From: an uncultured Acidobacteriota bacterium
GTDB lineage: Bacteria > Acidobacteriota > Blastocatellia > RBC074
Reading direction: 5' to 3'
Length of the DNA: 64,000 nt
Assembly: GCA_963796275.1 (NCBI GenBank)
Contig: CAWCKY010000006.1
Coordinates: 1,152,001 to 1,216,000 of the forward strand
Shown here: positions 46,309 through 55,865 of the stretch, piece by piece
Position numbering within the stretch: the first letter of the stretch is position 1
How the letters are laid out: every line of letters starts with the position of its first letter
Position numbers and translations under genes: made by a program
The notes under the pieces: generated by a model
The model's input: the letters and a program-made list of their open reading frames with translations, nothing else
Database searches by the model: none
What the model was told of the DNA's origin: nothing

Positions 46309-46537
46309 CCTTTTGGACGTACCAAGGAAATATCCCCCACTCATTGAATGTCCATCGATGGTTGGGGAAAGGTTGTTAATCAATTGAGCAAATGAATCAT
46401 CACAAACGATCCGCATTTCAGACAAATATCAATTGATTTCCCTAACTCGTTTTTGTTGCTGGCGGCCGGGAGTAATATCAAATACGCCGAGATTGTGTTG
46501 GCAGAGGCATCGATGAGCGGCATAAGTTTCGGCTGTC

Positions 46538-47254
46538 TCACTCTGTGAGTATCGCCGTTTGCGGTCGCGTCCATTGAATCCAGACCTCGGCTGCAATGAA
46601 ATGCAGCACAAAGCCGATCCAAAACGCGGGGCCGAAAAATTCGTATGGCGTCAGCCCGGAAAATGGACTGGTGGCGAAGAAGACGGCGATGATCGGCCGA
46701 ATAGTGGCGACAGCCAGACCAATCGAGAAAGCGCGAATCATCCATTCTCGGTGCAGCGCGATTTCGCGTCTCAAAACATGTCGAAACGCTTTACCCAACG
46801 CGAACAAAAACCACACGCCAAACAGCGTTGTTGATGCTGCTTGATTGACGCCGCCGATGGCCGGCATCGCAAAGCTCATCACCAGAGCCGACACGCCGAT
46901 CACCGTGCCGCATAAAAATAAGATGCGACCGCTCCGCCGGTGCCATTGAAGATGTCGTTTGCGGAATCCTGAATTGAACTGCAACGGCCCCAACGCAATA
47001 AAGAGCAAGCCGGGGAGGATATGAACGAGCGTCAAAAGGGGATTGGGCGCGAACACGCCATCAAGCGCGGCGAACTGCGCCAATCTGGGATTGGATGGGA
47101 TAGCGGGCGGACTGTATCCATAGATCAAAATAGGCGCCAGGTGCACCATCCTCCGCACAACGGCGAATGCGCCGATCAGCGCTAGGAAGATGATTGCCCC
47201 CCACAAAATGCGGTGGGCGCGAATACCGGGTCTCAGCATTTTTAAATCTTTCAA
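46538..47254 (-). CDS. DUF2306-like membrane protein
   Basis: HILPG, GPLQF, WHRRSGR, HREWMIR motifs with multiple TM helices. Confidence 0.82.
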   Translation of the reverse strand: MKDLKMLRPGIRAHRILWGAIIFLALIGAFAVVRRMVHLAPILIYGYSPPAIPSNPRLAQFAALDGVFAPNPLLTLVHILPGLLFIALGPLQFNSGFRKRHLQWHRRSGRILFLCGTVIGVSALVMSFAMPAIGGVNQAASTTLFGVWFLFALGKAFRHVLRREIALHREWMIRAFSIGLAVATIRPIIAVFFATSPFSGLTPYEFFGPAFWIGFVLHFIAAEVWIQWTRPQTAILTE

Positions 47255-47422
47255 TACTCTATAAACGTTGTAGCGTCCTTCTTATTAACAGGCTAATTAA
47301 CAGGCTAACAAATTTTTGCTCGGTTTAGCCCCCAGACGCAGCCACCCTTGACTTCATATCAGGGTGAGAGCATCCTTCCTATAGACTTACTATGGAAGAA
47401 AATCTATGAGAGGAGGGAATTT

Positions 47423-47773
47423 ATGAGAAAAGACGACAAGCAGCAGAAAGCTGAAATGTTGCCGGGAACTTTGGAGATGTTGATCCTCAAAACTCTGGAG
47501 AGAAACGCTCAACCGATGCACGGTTATGGCATAGCCCTGTACCTCAAACAAATTTCGCAGGACGTTCTCAAAGTGGAGGAAGGATCGCTCTATCCCGCAC
47601 TCCAGCGATTGGCGATAAAAGGTTGGGTGAAAGCTGAGTGGGGACAGTCTGACAACAATCGGCGCGCGCGTTTTTACAAATTGACGCCTGCCGGACGGAA
47701 GCAGCTCAGGCGGGAGGAGGCTGACTTCGAGCGCATCCTGGAGGCGATCTTGCGCGTCATGCAACCGGCGTGA
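47423..47773 (+). CDS. PadR family regulator, acidobacterial type
   Basis: GTLEMLILKTL, HGYGI, EEGSLYPALQRL, NNRRARFY. Confidence 0.95.
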   Translation: MRKDDKQQKAEMLPGTLEMLILKTLERNAQPMHGYGIALYLKQISQDVLKVEEGSLYPALQRLAIKGWVKAEWGQSDNNRRARFYKLTPAGRKQLRREEADFERILEAILRVMQPA

Positions 47774-47785
47774 AGAGTGTGAATT

Positions 47786-50452
47786 GTGTTGAATCAGCTT
47801 CTTCAGATCTGGCGCAGGCTGCTCTTCTATTTGAGGCGCGATCGATTTGACCGCGAGTTGGAAGAGGAGATGCGGTTCCACCTGGAGATGAAGGCTCAAG
47901 CGAACGCCGAGGCCGGGATGGAGCCTCTGGAAGCGCGCTATGCCGCCGGGCGGCAATTCGGCAATCAAACATTACTCCGGGAGGTGAGCCGCGAGATGTG
48001 GGGAGTCAGATCGATCGAAACGCTCTTTCAGGATTTGCGATACGGTGGGCGGATGCTTCTGAAAAACCCGGGGTTCGCGTTGATTGCTGTGTTCACAATG
48101 GCGCTAGGCATTGGGGCGAACACGGCCATCTTCAGCGTCATCAACAGCGTGCTGCTCAAACCGCTGCCTTACCATGAACCGGACCGCATCTATCAAGTGC
48201 TGAGGTGCAATCCGTCGGGCATGTCGACGACCGTGTCGGTTTCGAAGTTCTCGTTCTTTCACCAGCATAACCAAACTTTCGAGAGTCTGGCGGCGTGCGA
48301 CACGTTCGGGAGCGGGATCAACCTGCTCGCGGGCGACGAGGCGCACTTTGTCAGCGGCCTCAGGGTTTCCGCCGATTTCTTCCAGGTCCTGGGCATCAAT
48401 CCCCTGTTGGGCAGGTCGTTCACAGCGGCGGACGACCAACCCGGCGGCGCCCGCGTGGTTGTCATCAGTCATTCGCTCTGGAAACAGGTATTACAGGGCG
48501 ATCGGCAAATCGTCGGCAGGACCGTATCCCTGGGCGGCGAGGGGCACGTGGTTGTGGGCGTCATGCCGCCCGGGTTCCAGCCCAAACCCTCCGCTGAAAT
48601 CTGGATGCCGCTTCGCGCGGTTTTCGATGCGGCGAATAAGAGCAACGATTATATGATGCTTGGGCGGACCAAACCCGGCATCACTTCAGAGCAGTCGCAG
48701 GCCGATATGGATCGAGTGCTGACGTTGATGCGCAGGGATTATCCCGACCACGTGGGCGACAATGAAATGACGGCGGTCGTCAGATATAAGGACCGGCTTG
48801 TCGGAGACACGAAGCAGCCGCTGCTCCTGCTTCTGGGTGCGGTCGGGTTCGTGTTGTTGATCGCATGCGCGAACGTGGCCAATCTTCTCCTCTCGCGCGC
48901 CGCCGCGCGGAGCAGGGAGATGTCAGTCCGCGCCGCTTTGGGGGCGGGCCGATTCAGGCTGACACGCCAACTGCTGACCGAAAGCCTGTTACTGGCAGGC
49001 GCCGGCGCAGCCCTTGGATTGTTGCTTGCCCATTTCGGCCTGAAGTCTCTGCTCGCCCTGGTACCAGACAGTCTGCCGCGAGCGAGCGAAATCAGGATCG
49101 ACCCGCTGGCACTGCTGTTCATGCTCGGTGTTGCGGCGGCGGCCGGAATCGTATTTGGACTGGCTCCGGCGCTCAACGCGGGCAGGCAGAATTTGGCGAA
49201 TGCGTTGCGCGAAGGCGGCGGCCGGACGTCTGGCACCGCATCGACCGCGCGGATACGCAACATCTTCGTCGTCTTGGAGATCGCCCTCTCGATGGTCCTC
49301 TTGATTGGGGCCGCTCTCCTGATACGCACTTTCGCGAACCTTCATAATGAAAGCCTCGGCTTCGACCCCCACAATGTGCTCACAATGAGGGTTTCCCTGG
49401 ACGGTCAACGTTATTTGACCACGGCGGAAACTGATAAATTCTTTCGCCAGGTCTTTGAACGGATCAGGCAGATACCGGGCGTCGTATCGGCCGCCTATGT
49501 CACCGCTCTGCCGATAGAATTCAGCCCTGATCTGCCGTTCCACATTGAAGGACGGCGAGAGAACGCCCGGGGATCGGCGATCTATAAACACGTCACTCCG
49601 GATTTCTTTCACACGATGACTGTGCCGTTACGGCAGGGCCGCCTGATAGAGGAGCGCGACAGCGAAAACGCTCCCGGTGCGGTGATCATCAATGAATCGC
49701 TCGCCCGCCAGTTCTTTCCGAATGAGAATCCCCTTGGTCAGCTAATCACGGTGGGCAAAAACTTCGGGCCGGACTTCGCGGATCGCTCCCGCGAAATCAT
49801 CGGTGTTATCGGCGACTTGAGGGAAGAAAGCGTCGACCTTCCCCCGGCGCCGGCGGTCTACGTTCCGCTTGCCCAACGGCCCGACCGGGTGACCCGGTTC
49901 GTCAATAGACTTGGTGGAGCGACGTTCGTCGTAAAAACGAGACAGAACCCCGCAAACTTGCAAAACGCCGTGCGCGCCGCGTTGCGCGCCGCTGATGCCA
50001 CGCAGGCGGTCTCCAACATGCGGACGATGGATGATGTCCTGTCGGTGTCGCTGGCGAGACGACGATTCAACATGCTCCTGTTATCCGTGTTCGCGAGCCT
50101 CGCGCTGCTGCTCTCGTCGATAGGCATCTATGGGGTTATGTCGTATTCAGTGCAGCAGCGCACGCATGAGATAGGTATTCGCATGGCTCTCGGCGCACAA
50201 GCGCGTGACGTACTGTGGTTGATCATCCGACAGGGGCTGGCGATGACGCTGATCGGAGTGACGCTGGGTTTGGTGGCGGCTATTGCCTTGACGCGCTTAA
50301 TGGAAACTCTGTTATTTGGCGTAAGTGCGACTGATCCGCTGACATTTACCATGATTACGTTCCTGCTGACGTTCATCGCCCTGCTGGCTTGCTGGATTCC
50401 AGCGAGACGGGCTACGAGAGTCGATCCAATGGCGACTCTGCGATTCGAGTAA
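47786..50452 (+). CDS. Acidobacterial duplicated orphan permease (ADOP, MacB/FtsX-like)
   Basis: ELEEEMRFH, QDLRYG, ALGIGANTAIFS, LLIACANVANLLL, EIGIRMALGA, PARRATRVDP; follows PadR. Confidence 0.95.
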   Translation: MLNQLLQIWRRLLFYLRRDRFDRELEEEMRFHLEMKAQANAEAGMEPLEARYAAGRQFGNQTLLREVSREMWGVRSIETLFQDLRYGGRMLLKNPGFALIAVFTMALGIGANTAIFSVINSVLLKPLPYHEPDRIYQVLRCNPSGMSTTVSVSKFSFFHQHNQTFESLAACDTFGSGINLLAGDEAHFVSGLRVSADFFQVLGINPLLGRSFTAADDQPGGARVVVISHSLWKQVLQGDRQIVGRTVSLGGEGHVVVGVMPPGFQPKPSAEIWMPLRAVFDAANKSNDYMMLGRTKPGITSEQSQADMDRVLTLMRRDYPDHVGDNEMTAVVRYKDRLVGDTKQPLLLLLGAVGFVLLIACANVANLLLSRAAARSREMSVRAALGAGRFRLTRQLLTESLLLAGAGAALGLLLAHFGLKSLLALVPDSLPRASEIRIDPLALLFMLGVAAAAGIVFGLAPALNAGRQNLANALREGGGRTSGTASTARIRNIFVVLEIALSMVLLIGAALLIRTFANLHNESLGFDPHNVLTMRVSLDGQRYLTTAETDKFFRQVFERIRQIPGVVSAAYVTALPIEFSPDLPFHIEGRRENARGSAIYKHVTPDFFHTMTVPLRQGRLIEERDSENAPGAVIINESLARQFFPNENPLGQLITVGKNFGPDFADRSREIIGVIGDLREESVDLPPAPAVYVPLAQRPDRVTRFVNRLGGATFVVKTRQNPANLQNAVRAALRAADATQAVSNMRTMDDVLSVSLARRRFNMLLLSVFASLALLLSSIGIYGVMSYSVQQRTHEIGIRMALGAQARDVLWLIIRQGLAMTLIGVTLGLVAAIALTRLMETLLFGVSATDPLTFTMITFLLTFIALLACWIPARRATRVDPMATLRFE

Positions 50453-50485
50453 GTCCGCCCTTGTTTAGCAAGCTTTCGCATATCA

Positions 50486-50515
50486 GTAAACGCATTCAGG
50501 GTAAACGCATTCAGG
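50486..50515. repeat. Perfect 15-nt tandem duplication
   Basis: GTAAACGCATTCAGG x2. Confidence 0.9.
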
Positions 50516-50598
50516 AAAGAGCGTGCATCTCGCCACCTAGCAGGAACACGTCGTCGTCGGCCAGTGGCGAGGAACCCGCGAATTTGTTGATAGAACGA

Positions 50599-50882
50599 GG
50601 TCACTCACCCGCCACTAAGTTGCTTTGCAACTATAGTGGGGGCTTGTCGGGTAACCGATGAGCCTGGTTGACCAGACTAAGCTGGGGCCAAAAGGCTTGC
50701 AGCTACGATGTTTGAGTTAGGTTTAAACCGAGACACCCACGGATGCGATAGCCAGTCCGTGGCCACTGTCGTTTAGCGTTAAACAGCGGTTACGGGTAAT
50801 CGCCAGTGCGTTGAACTAAGAAGCTCAGACATCATTGTCGAGGCTAACTTAACGGCAGCAATGCCAGAGGCCCGAAAGGGCC
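50599..50882 (+). ncRNA. HEARO / IscB omegaRNA-like structured RNA with no adjacent iscB
   Basis: Ordered blocks GTCAC..ACCC..CTAA..GGGGCTTG, GTTGACCAGACTAAG, CTACG, ACACCCACGGATGC..GCCAGTCCGTGG, TTAAACAG, CAGTG, CATTGTCGAGG..AACTT; about ten stems can be paired by eye, many with G-U pairs, plus pseudoknot TAGCC/GGCTA. Confidence 0.85.
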
Positions 50883-50911
50883 ATTCTCACAATGCAAGTA
50901 GGGGGATGATA

Positions 50912-51649
50912 ATGGCCAAAAGAATATTTATTTGTGGATCATTGTGCCTGGCAATCTTTGGCGGCTTGATCCTTGGCAAGTATCGAACTACTGCCGCAGA
51001 CGACCATTGGCAGATACGCGGTGCGCTCAGCGAAGCCTGTACCTGCAGTGTGCCTTGCACCTGCAACTTCGGCCAGGGCCCGTCGCCACACAGCTACTGC
51101 CATGTGGTTTATGCCTACGACATCAAGGAAGGTAATTTTAACGGGATCAAACTCGACGGCTTAAAATTAGGAGCGATGGAGACGGCAAAAGGCAATGCCA
51201 TGTACCTCGACGCTTCAGCCAGCCCCGATCAGCGCAAAGCGATCGAAACGATCGCCCGACAGATGATGCGCGTTTCGAATGACCGAATGGGCGGGGCCAG
51301 CTTTCTCGGCATCAAGTGGGTGAAGATCAAGCAGGAATACAATGAAAAGCAGGATAAGCTGGACCTCGGCGGTTTCGGCGGCTTCAAATCCAATTACATC
51401 ATGGGCCGAGACAAAACAAAGCCAGTCATCGTCGTCAACAATACCGAATGGGCCATACGCGAAGCCATCAAAGGTAAGACTGAGTATCTGCGCGTTAAAG
51501 ATGAATACGGCAACGAGTATTCGGTGAAGGATTCCAACTCAAATCACGGCGACTTCGAGTACACCGAGAAGTCTCATCCCGGAAGCGGATGGCCCGCTTC
51601 CACATGCTCAGTCAATACGAAAGAGGGTGAGCAGAAACATAAACATTGA
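50912..51649 (+). CDS. Exported DUF1326-like Cys-rich protein
   Basis: Signal-like N-terminus; W.IRG...EACTCSVPCTCNFG..PSPHSYC; I.EG.FNGIKLDGL; YLD..ASPDQRKAI. Confidence 0.8.
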   Translation: MAKRIFICGSLCLAIFGGLILGKYRTTAADDHWQIRGALSEACTCSVPCTCNFGQGPSPHSYCHVVYAYDIKEGNFNGIKLDGLKLGAMETAKGNAMYLDASASPDQRKAIETIARQMMRVSNDRMGGASFLGIKWVKIKQEYNEKQDKLDLGGFGGFKSNYIMGRDKTKPVIVVNNTEWAIREAIKGKTEYLRVKDEYGNEYSVKDSNSNHGDFEYTEKSHPGSGWPASTCSVNTKEGEQKHKH

Positions 51650-52056
51650 ACTCGGCCAGGAAGAGCTTCCACAAAAATCACATACAGAGAGCAAATAGCG
51701 CAAAGAACACCTGCTATTCCTGGTGCAGTTCTTTTATGTTTTTGATGTCATTTTTTGATGTCATTTGGTGATCTTTGTGATGAATCTCCGGTAAATCTTC
51801 GCTACTCCTCTTTGAACCCCTTCCTTTCTGCAATTTTTTTCAAAAGATGTAGTGATTAATTGTCATGTTTTAGAGGCCTCCATTCACTCAAAACATGAGA
51901 AAGAAATGCAACCGGCTTATTCCGCCAGACTGGCTTCACCCTTGTAATTAGGGGTGTTCCATTAAACAGTCGGGATCTTTTTTGACGATTGTCGCGCGGC
52001 ATCTCGTTGAGGGGGCTGGCATCAACACGAGGCCAAAGAAGCATAGGCAGGGACAG

Positions 52057-52422
52057 ATGTTGATGATCTCTAAAAAGCAGATGGAAGTTTTGCGACAGGT
52101 GGCGCGAGGAGAGTTCATTCGGAGAACGCTCGCAGTTCTCCGTGAAGCGGTTCCCGGCTTCCTTGCTGGAGTGGACGAAGCGACAGCTCTGAGACGGGTG
52201 GAGGATAGTGTCGCCCAAGCGGAAGCTTATGGGTTGTCCACCGAGCGCCAGGTCCGGGATTTCATCGCGATTGAGACGGTTGCGGGTGAGGATTTCGCCA
52301 GCAATCCGCGCTTCGCCGGAGCACGTGGGGCTCTTGCTGATTTCACTGTCTCACCCGCCGATCGTTTGGCGCGCGCACGCCAGCGTGTCGCCGAAGCCCT
52401 GGCGCAAAAGGACAAGGGATGA
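52057..52422 (+). CDS. Small helical protein resembling type VI effector adaptor/co-chaperone proteins
   Basis: MISKKQMEVL...AEAYGLSTERQVRDF...GEDF..NP pattern; ATGA overlap with the toxin gene. Confidence 0.55.
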   Translation: MLMISKKQMEVLRQVARGEFIRRTLAVLREAVPGFLAGVDEATALRRVEDSVAQAEAYGLSTERQVRDFIAIETVAGEDFASNPRFAGARGALADFTVSPADRLARARQRVAEALAQKDKG

Positions 52423-53871
52423 GCGAAAGTCTTTTCCCAGACCTGGGTGGCGCAGACCGCCCGGCCGATTCCACGGTTATACCGTGCCCAAATACATTAA
52501 CTAATTGGATCGACCTCGAATACCTCTATGCGGATGGGACAGGCGTCGCCGGGGCCTCTTACATCGTCCATATCCCTAATGGCGGACAGGTGGGCGGAAG
52601 CGTGCTTGCCCAGGGGACTCTCGACCGCAAAGGCCAGGCGCGCGCTGTCTTACCTGCTGAAATAGAAGGGGTCGCAGTCTATTTCCACGATGATCCGGAC
52701 GGAGCGCCCTATCGTGACGCCGATGCGGATAGCCCGATTCAGGAACCATATCCTGGCTTTTTCAGTCGTATCTGGGATGGGATAACTGATGGAACGAAAT
52801 GGGTGGGCGGTGTGTTGGCTGGAGATTTCAAGGAAGATTCCTCAACCGGCCAGATTGTCGCCAACATGATCGTGACGATGATTCCGGGCATCGACCAGCT
52901 TGGCGATGCCCGCGATATCGTTGCGAATCTCAAAAAGCTGATTTGGGATCGCCGCTGGAACGAAGCGGGGATGTGGCTCAGCCTCTTGCTATGCCTGATC
53001 GGGTTGATCCCCGAGCTCGGCTCTCTGGCTAAAGGAATCATCAAGGTTGCGCTGCGCAATACGTCCAAGCTGGCGGATCTGCTGGCAGTCTTCAACTTTT
53101 TCAAAAAGGGTAATGGAGTTCACTGGTTACGCGAGTTCGCCGAGAAACTGCCGACCGCACACGCGTCGGCCGCGGCAAACAAACTCAAAGAACTACTGGA
53201 CAGAGCCGCGCCCTATCTGCAACAGGCACGGAACCGCTGGTTCACGCCGCGGACGACGATCGACCGTCTCCTGAATAACATAGAAGAGGTCAAGCAACTC
53301 GTCCCCCAGAAGTTGAAAGAGGCTGCCGAATACGTCGCCGAAAAGATCGAGCAAGCGTTAAATGAAGTGAGGGAGTTGCTGCCCGGTAGTGCAAAAGAGC
53401 GATTACAGTTGCGCCAGGTTAGGGCAGCCCCTCACGAATCAATTCCTGTCCACGGAACGCCAGTATCCTCAACGCGTCCGAGAATTTTCGATCAATCACG
53501 AACAGGGAAACAAACTGGATATGGCCCAGGGATTGGGAGGCGCGCGTTACGAACTTGCCACAGGTCGAAAGATTTCAACGACAACGGTGGAGGGGGCCGA
53601 CCTGGTTGACCCGATAACTGGCCCATTCCAGCTCAAAGGGCCATTAGTCAATAAGAAGACCGGCCAGCCATTAATCATCAACGATAGGATGGTCGATGGG
53701 CTTGCTCAATCGGTTGGAGATGATTTGCGTTACAATACGTATACGAAAAGCATAGTTGTCGATACCATGGGGATGTCCCCCGCGCAGCGTGACCGATTGA
53801 AACGAGCTATCGATGCAGATCTCGCTGCACGGCCTGTGGCGCAACCCAAACCGATCATTATCCTTGAGTGA
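52419..53871 (+). pseudogene. Polymorphic toxin (FIX-like domain + C-terminal PD-(D/E)xK-like nuclease) with one frameshift near 53389-53435; possibly a sequencing error
   Basis: WIDLEY.YADG..V.GA.Y...GTLD..G.A; LAGDFKEDSSTGQI...MIPGIDQ..D.RDIVAN...IGLIPELGSLAKG; +1 frame continues ADLVD...FQLKGP...VVDTMGMSPAQR...IIILE. Confidence 0.65.
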
Positions 53872-53882
53872 GGTGACAATCG

Positions 53883-54299
53883 ATGGGACATTCTTACGTT
53901 AAATTCAGCGATCGGGTACAGATGATGAATGATATGGAGATCATTATCGCCGTCCATGTCATCCTCGATGTGACGCGGAAGACTCCGGACATTCCTGCTC
54001 CCCGAGTGACGGAAAACATCAAAATCTTGCTCGATTCCTGGGAGCACCTGATCGATGTCTATGGGCCTGGCATGGTTGGCTTTAACTTTAGTGAATATAT
54101 GCAGACGGATGAGGACCGTGACTGTCTGCTAAGATTGATTGACATCTCTCGTCGGAGGTTGCAGCAATTCGGTGAAGTAGTTCCGGGGGACTACCTGAAT
54201 AGAGTCGTCGACGCATCGGCGATACTCGAATTCGAGGATCGGCCGATAGCAAAGGTGCTCACCGCATTCGACAAATTCACCAAGCTTCTTAGCGGCTGA
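53883..54299 (+). CDS. Candidate immunity protein
   Basis: 138-aa acidic ORF 11 nt after the toxin stop with GAGGTG RBS; no known motif. Confidence 0.55.
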   Translation: MGHSYVKFSDRVQMMNDMEIIIAVHVILDVTRKTPDIPAPRVTENIKILLDSWEHLIDVYGPGMVGFNFSEYMQTDEDRDCLLRLIDISRRRLQQFGEVVPGDYLNRVVDASAILEFEDRPIAKVLTAFDKFTKLLSG

Positions 54300-54362
54300 A
54301 AAGCTATGTGCGGTGGAATCAAATGCCTGGGCAGCTTTCTTGTCGCGACCTACGCGGTTGAA

Positions 54363-55064
54363 TCAGCTCCGGGCCAATCTCACCAGGGTTGCTCGTGCCT
54401 CCTCGGTAGTTTTGATCGGCGAGTCGAAATCTATTCTCAATTTCCGTCCATCGGCTAACAGATCGATCCCTTCGCTATCGATCCCGATCATTAGCGCCGC
54501 ACCCGCTTTTACACCCTTCAGCGCCTCGCAATAATGAAATAGGGCAGGCTTGTGATCCTGATTCATATGCTGAATGATCATACGCTCGCTTTCGCGGAAA
54601 GGATTCCCGATAAGCATGTCATCTGGTTCGATCCAGTAGATCTGTCCAAAGCCTCCAATAAAACGCGCCCTCCGCAATTTGATTCGATAGAAAGAAAAAT
54701 CGTGCGTCTCAAAATATGATTCCGATGAAGGAAAGTATCGTAGATATCGATCGCGCGTCTCCGCATCGCGCGGATCGACCGGCTCGGCATCTCCCAACCA
54801 TGTCAGGCGACCGTTGGCCTGTGGATCATCGGCCTGCTGATCGAATACAGTGAGCGACACTTTATTGTTATGCTTGATATTACGCGTGTGCTGGGCAATA
54901 TCGCTGATGAGTAGGATCGGCTCGCCGTCATAATTGAGTGTATAAGGCGCGATCGAGCCAAATGGATATCCGGCAACATCCACCGAATGAGTTGAGAGCA
55001 CACCGACACTCTGTTGATTTAACAATCGTCTTGAATTTGATGCTTGGTCTGACATGGCCGCCAT
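54363..55064 (-). CDS. HugZ-like split-barrel (pyridoxamine 5'-phosphate oxidase-related) protein with DUF2470-like C-terminus
   Basis: GVLSTHS...GYPFGS, ISDIAQHTRN, HDF, RFIGGFG, IIQHMNQDH. Confidence 0.85.
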   Translation of the reverse strand: MAAMSDQASNSRRLLNQQSVGVLSTHSVDVAGYPFGSIAPYTLNYDGEPILLISDIAQHTRNIKHNNKVSLTVFDQQADDPQANGRLTWLGDAEPVDPRDAETRDRYLRYFPSSESYFETHDFSFYRIKLRRARFIGGFGQIYWIEPDDMLIGNPFRESERMIIQHMNQDHKPALFHYCEALKGVKAGAALMIGIDSEGIDLLADGRKLRIDFDSPIKTTEEARATLVRLARS

Positions 55065-55283
55065 TTTAACTGATTTATCTTATTTTGATGGTGATTCTGA
55101 TTGGAAACTCGCACCGGTTGCGGTTTAAAACGACGACGCTTCCCAGAATACCCCCGCAGATTCGGGCAGATAAAGTTCAGGAAAGGCGAAGAAGCATCAT
55201 AATTAGACTTTCTCCATCCAACTGATCGTGACATGATCAGCCTGTTCCAGCCTTCAAAATTACCACAGTGAAAGGGGCTCACC

Positions 55284-55676
55284 ATGAGTCGAGAAGACAT
55301 ATCACCCAAAATTTTCGATGCTTTGTTTGATGCTGTGAAGTCAATAGTTACGGAAGAGTACAAACGTTCGAGTGATGTACAGCTGGATTTTATTTTACTG
55401 CCCAATTCAATCTTCAAAGTAAAACGTAATGGCATCATCTTGACGGTGAAGTTATCGCCTGATAGGAAATCTTTCGATGTCGAGCATTCGCGACTAGCCT
55501 CCCGGCAGGCTGACTCTGAGACAGAAACCAGGAAGCTCGTCTCTATAGTAGAAGGGGATGATGCTGTGAGGCTCGGATATGAAGATGGTGAGCCTATGTC
55601 TGTCGAGGAGACTGCCAGGTCGTTGATGCAATCGCTCTTTGTACGAGTTTATGATCGAATATATACGAATATATAA
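55284..55676 (+). CDS. Hypothetical protein
   Basis: 130-aa ORF with AAGGGG RBS; no recognisable domain. Confidence 0.55.
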   Translation: MSREDISPKIFDALFDAVKSIVTEEYKRSSDVQLDFILLPNSIFKVKRNGIILTVKLSPDRKSFDVEHSRLASRQADSETETRKLVSIVEGDDAVRLGYEDGEPMSVEETARSLMQSLFVRVYDRIYTNI

Positions 55677-55865
55677 TTGCGCAATATAAAACTTTTCTTG
55701 GGCGGAAACAGGGGATCAGGGGCATCGATATAAACATCGATAAATAGCCCGCTTTATATATTCGTTCACCATCTCCCAAACCGTCATGCCTGTCTCGACC
55801 TAGAGGGTGACAATTTGCCGCCTCTGGCAGTTCACGCTTATTGCTGCACTACGTTCTGGAGTTTT

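Noticed and set aside
50861-50911. ORF-track start at 50861 for the DUF1326-like protein, or an iscB remnant
   Set aside because: That ATG lies inside the terminal RNA hairpins; no PLMP motif in the translated ORF; better RBS precedes 50906/50912.
53389-53435. Programmed ribosomal frameshift in the toxin gene
   Set aside because: The required shift is +1, no canonical slippery site with a stimulatory structure is evident, and similar indels occur in housekeeping genes.
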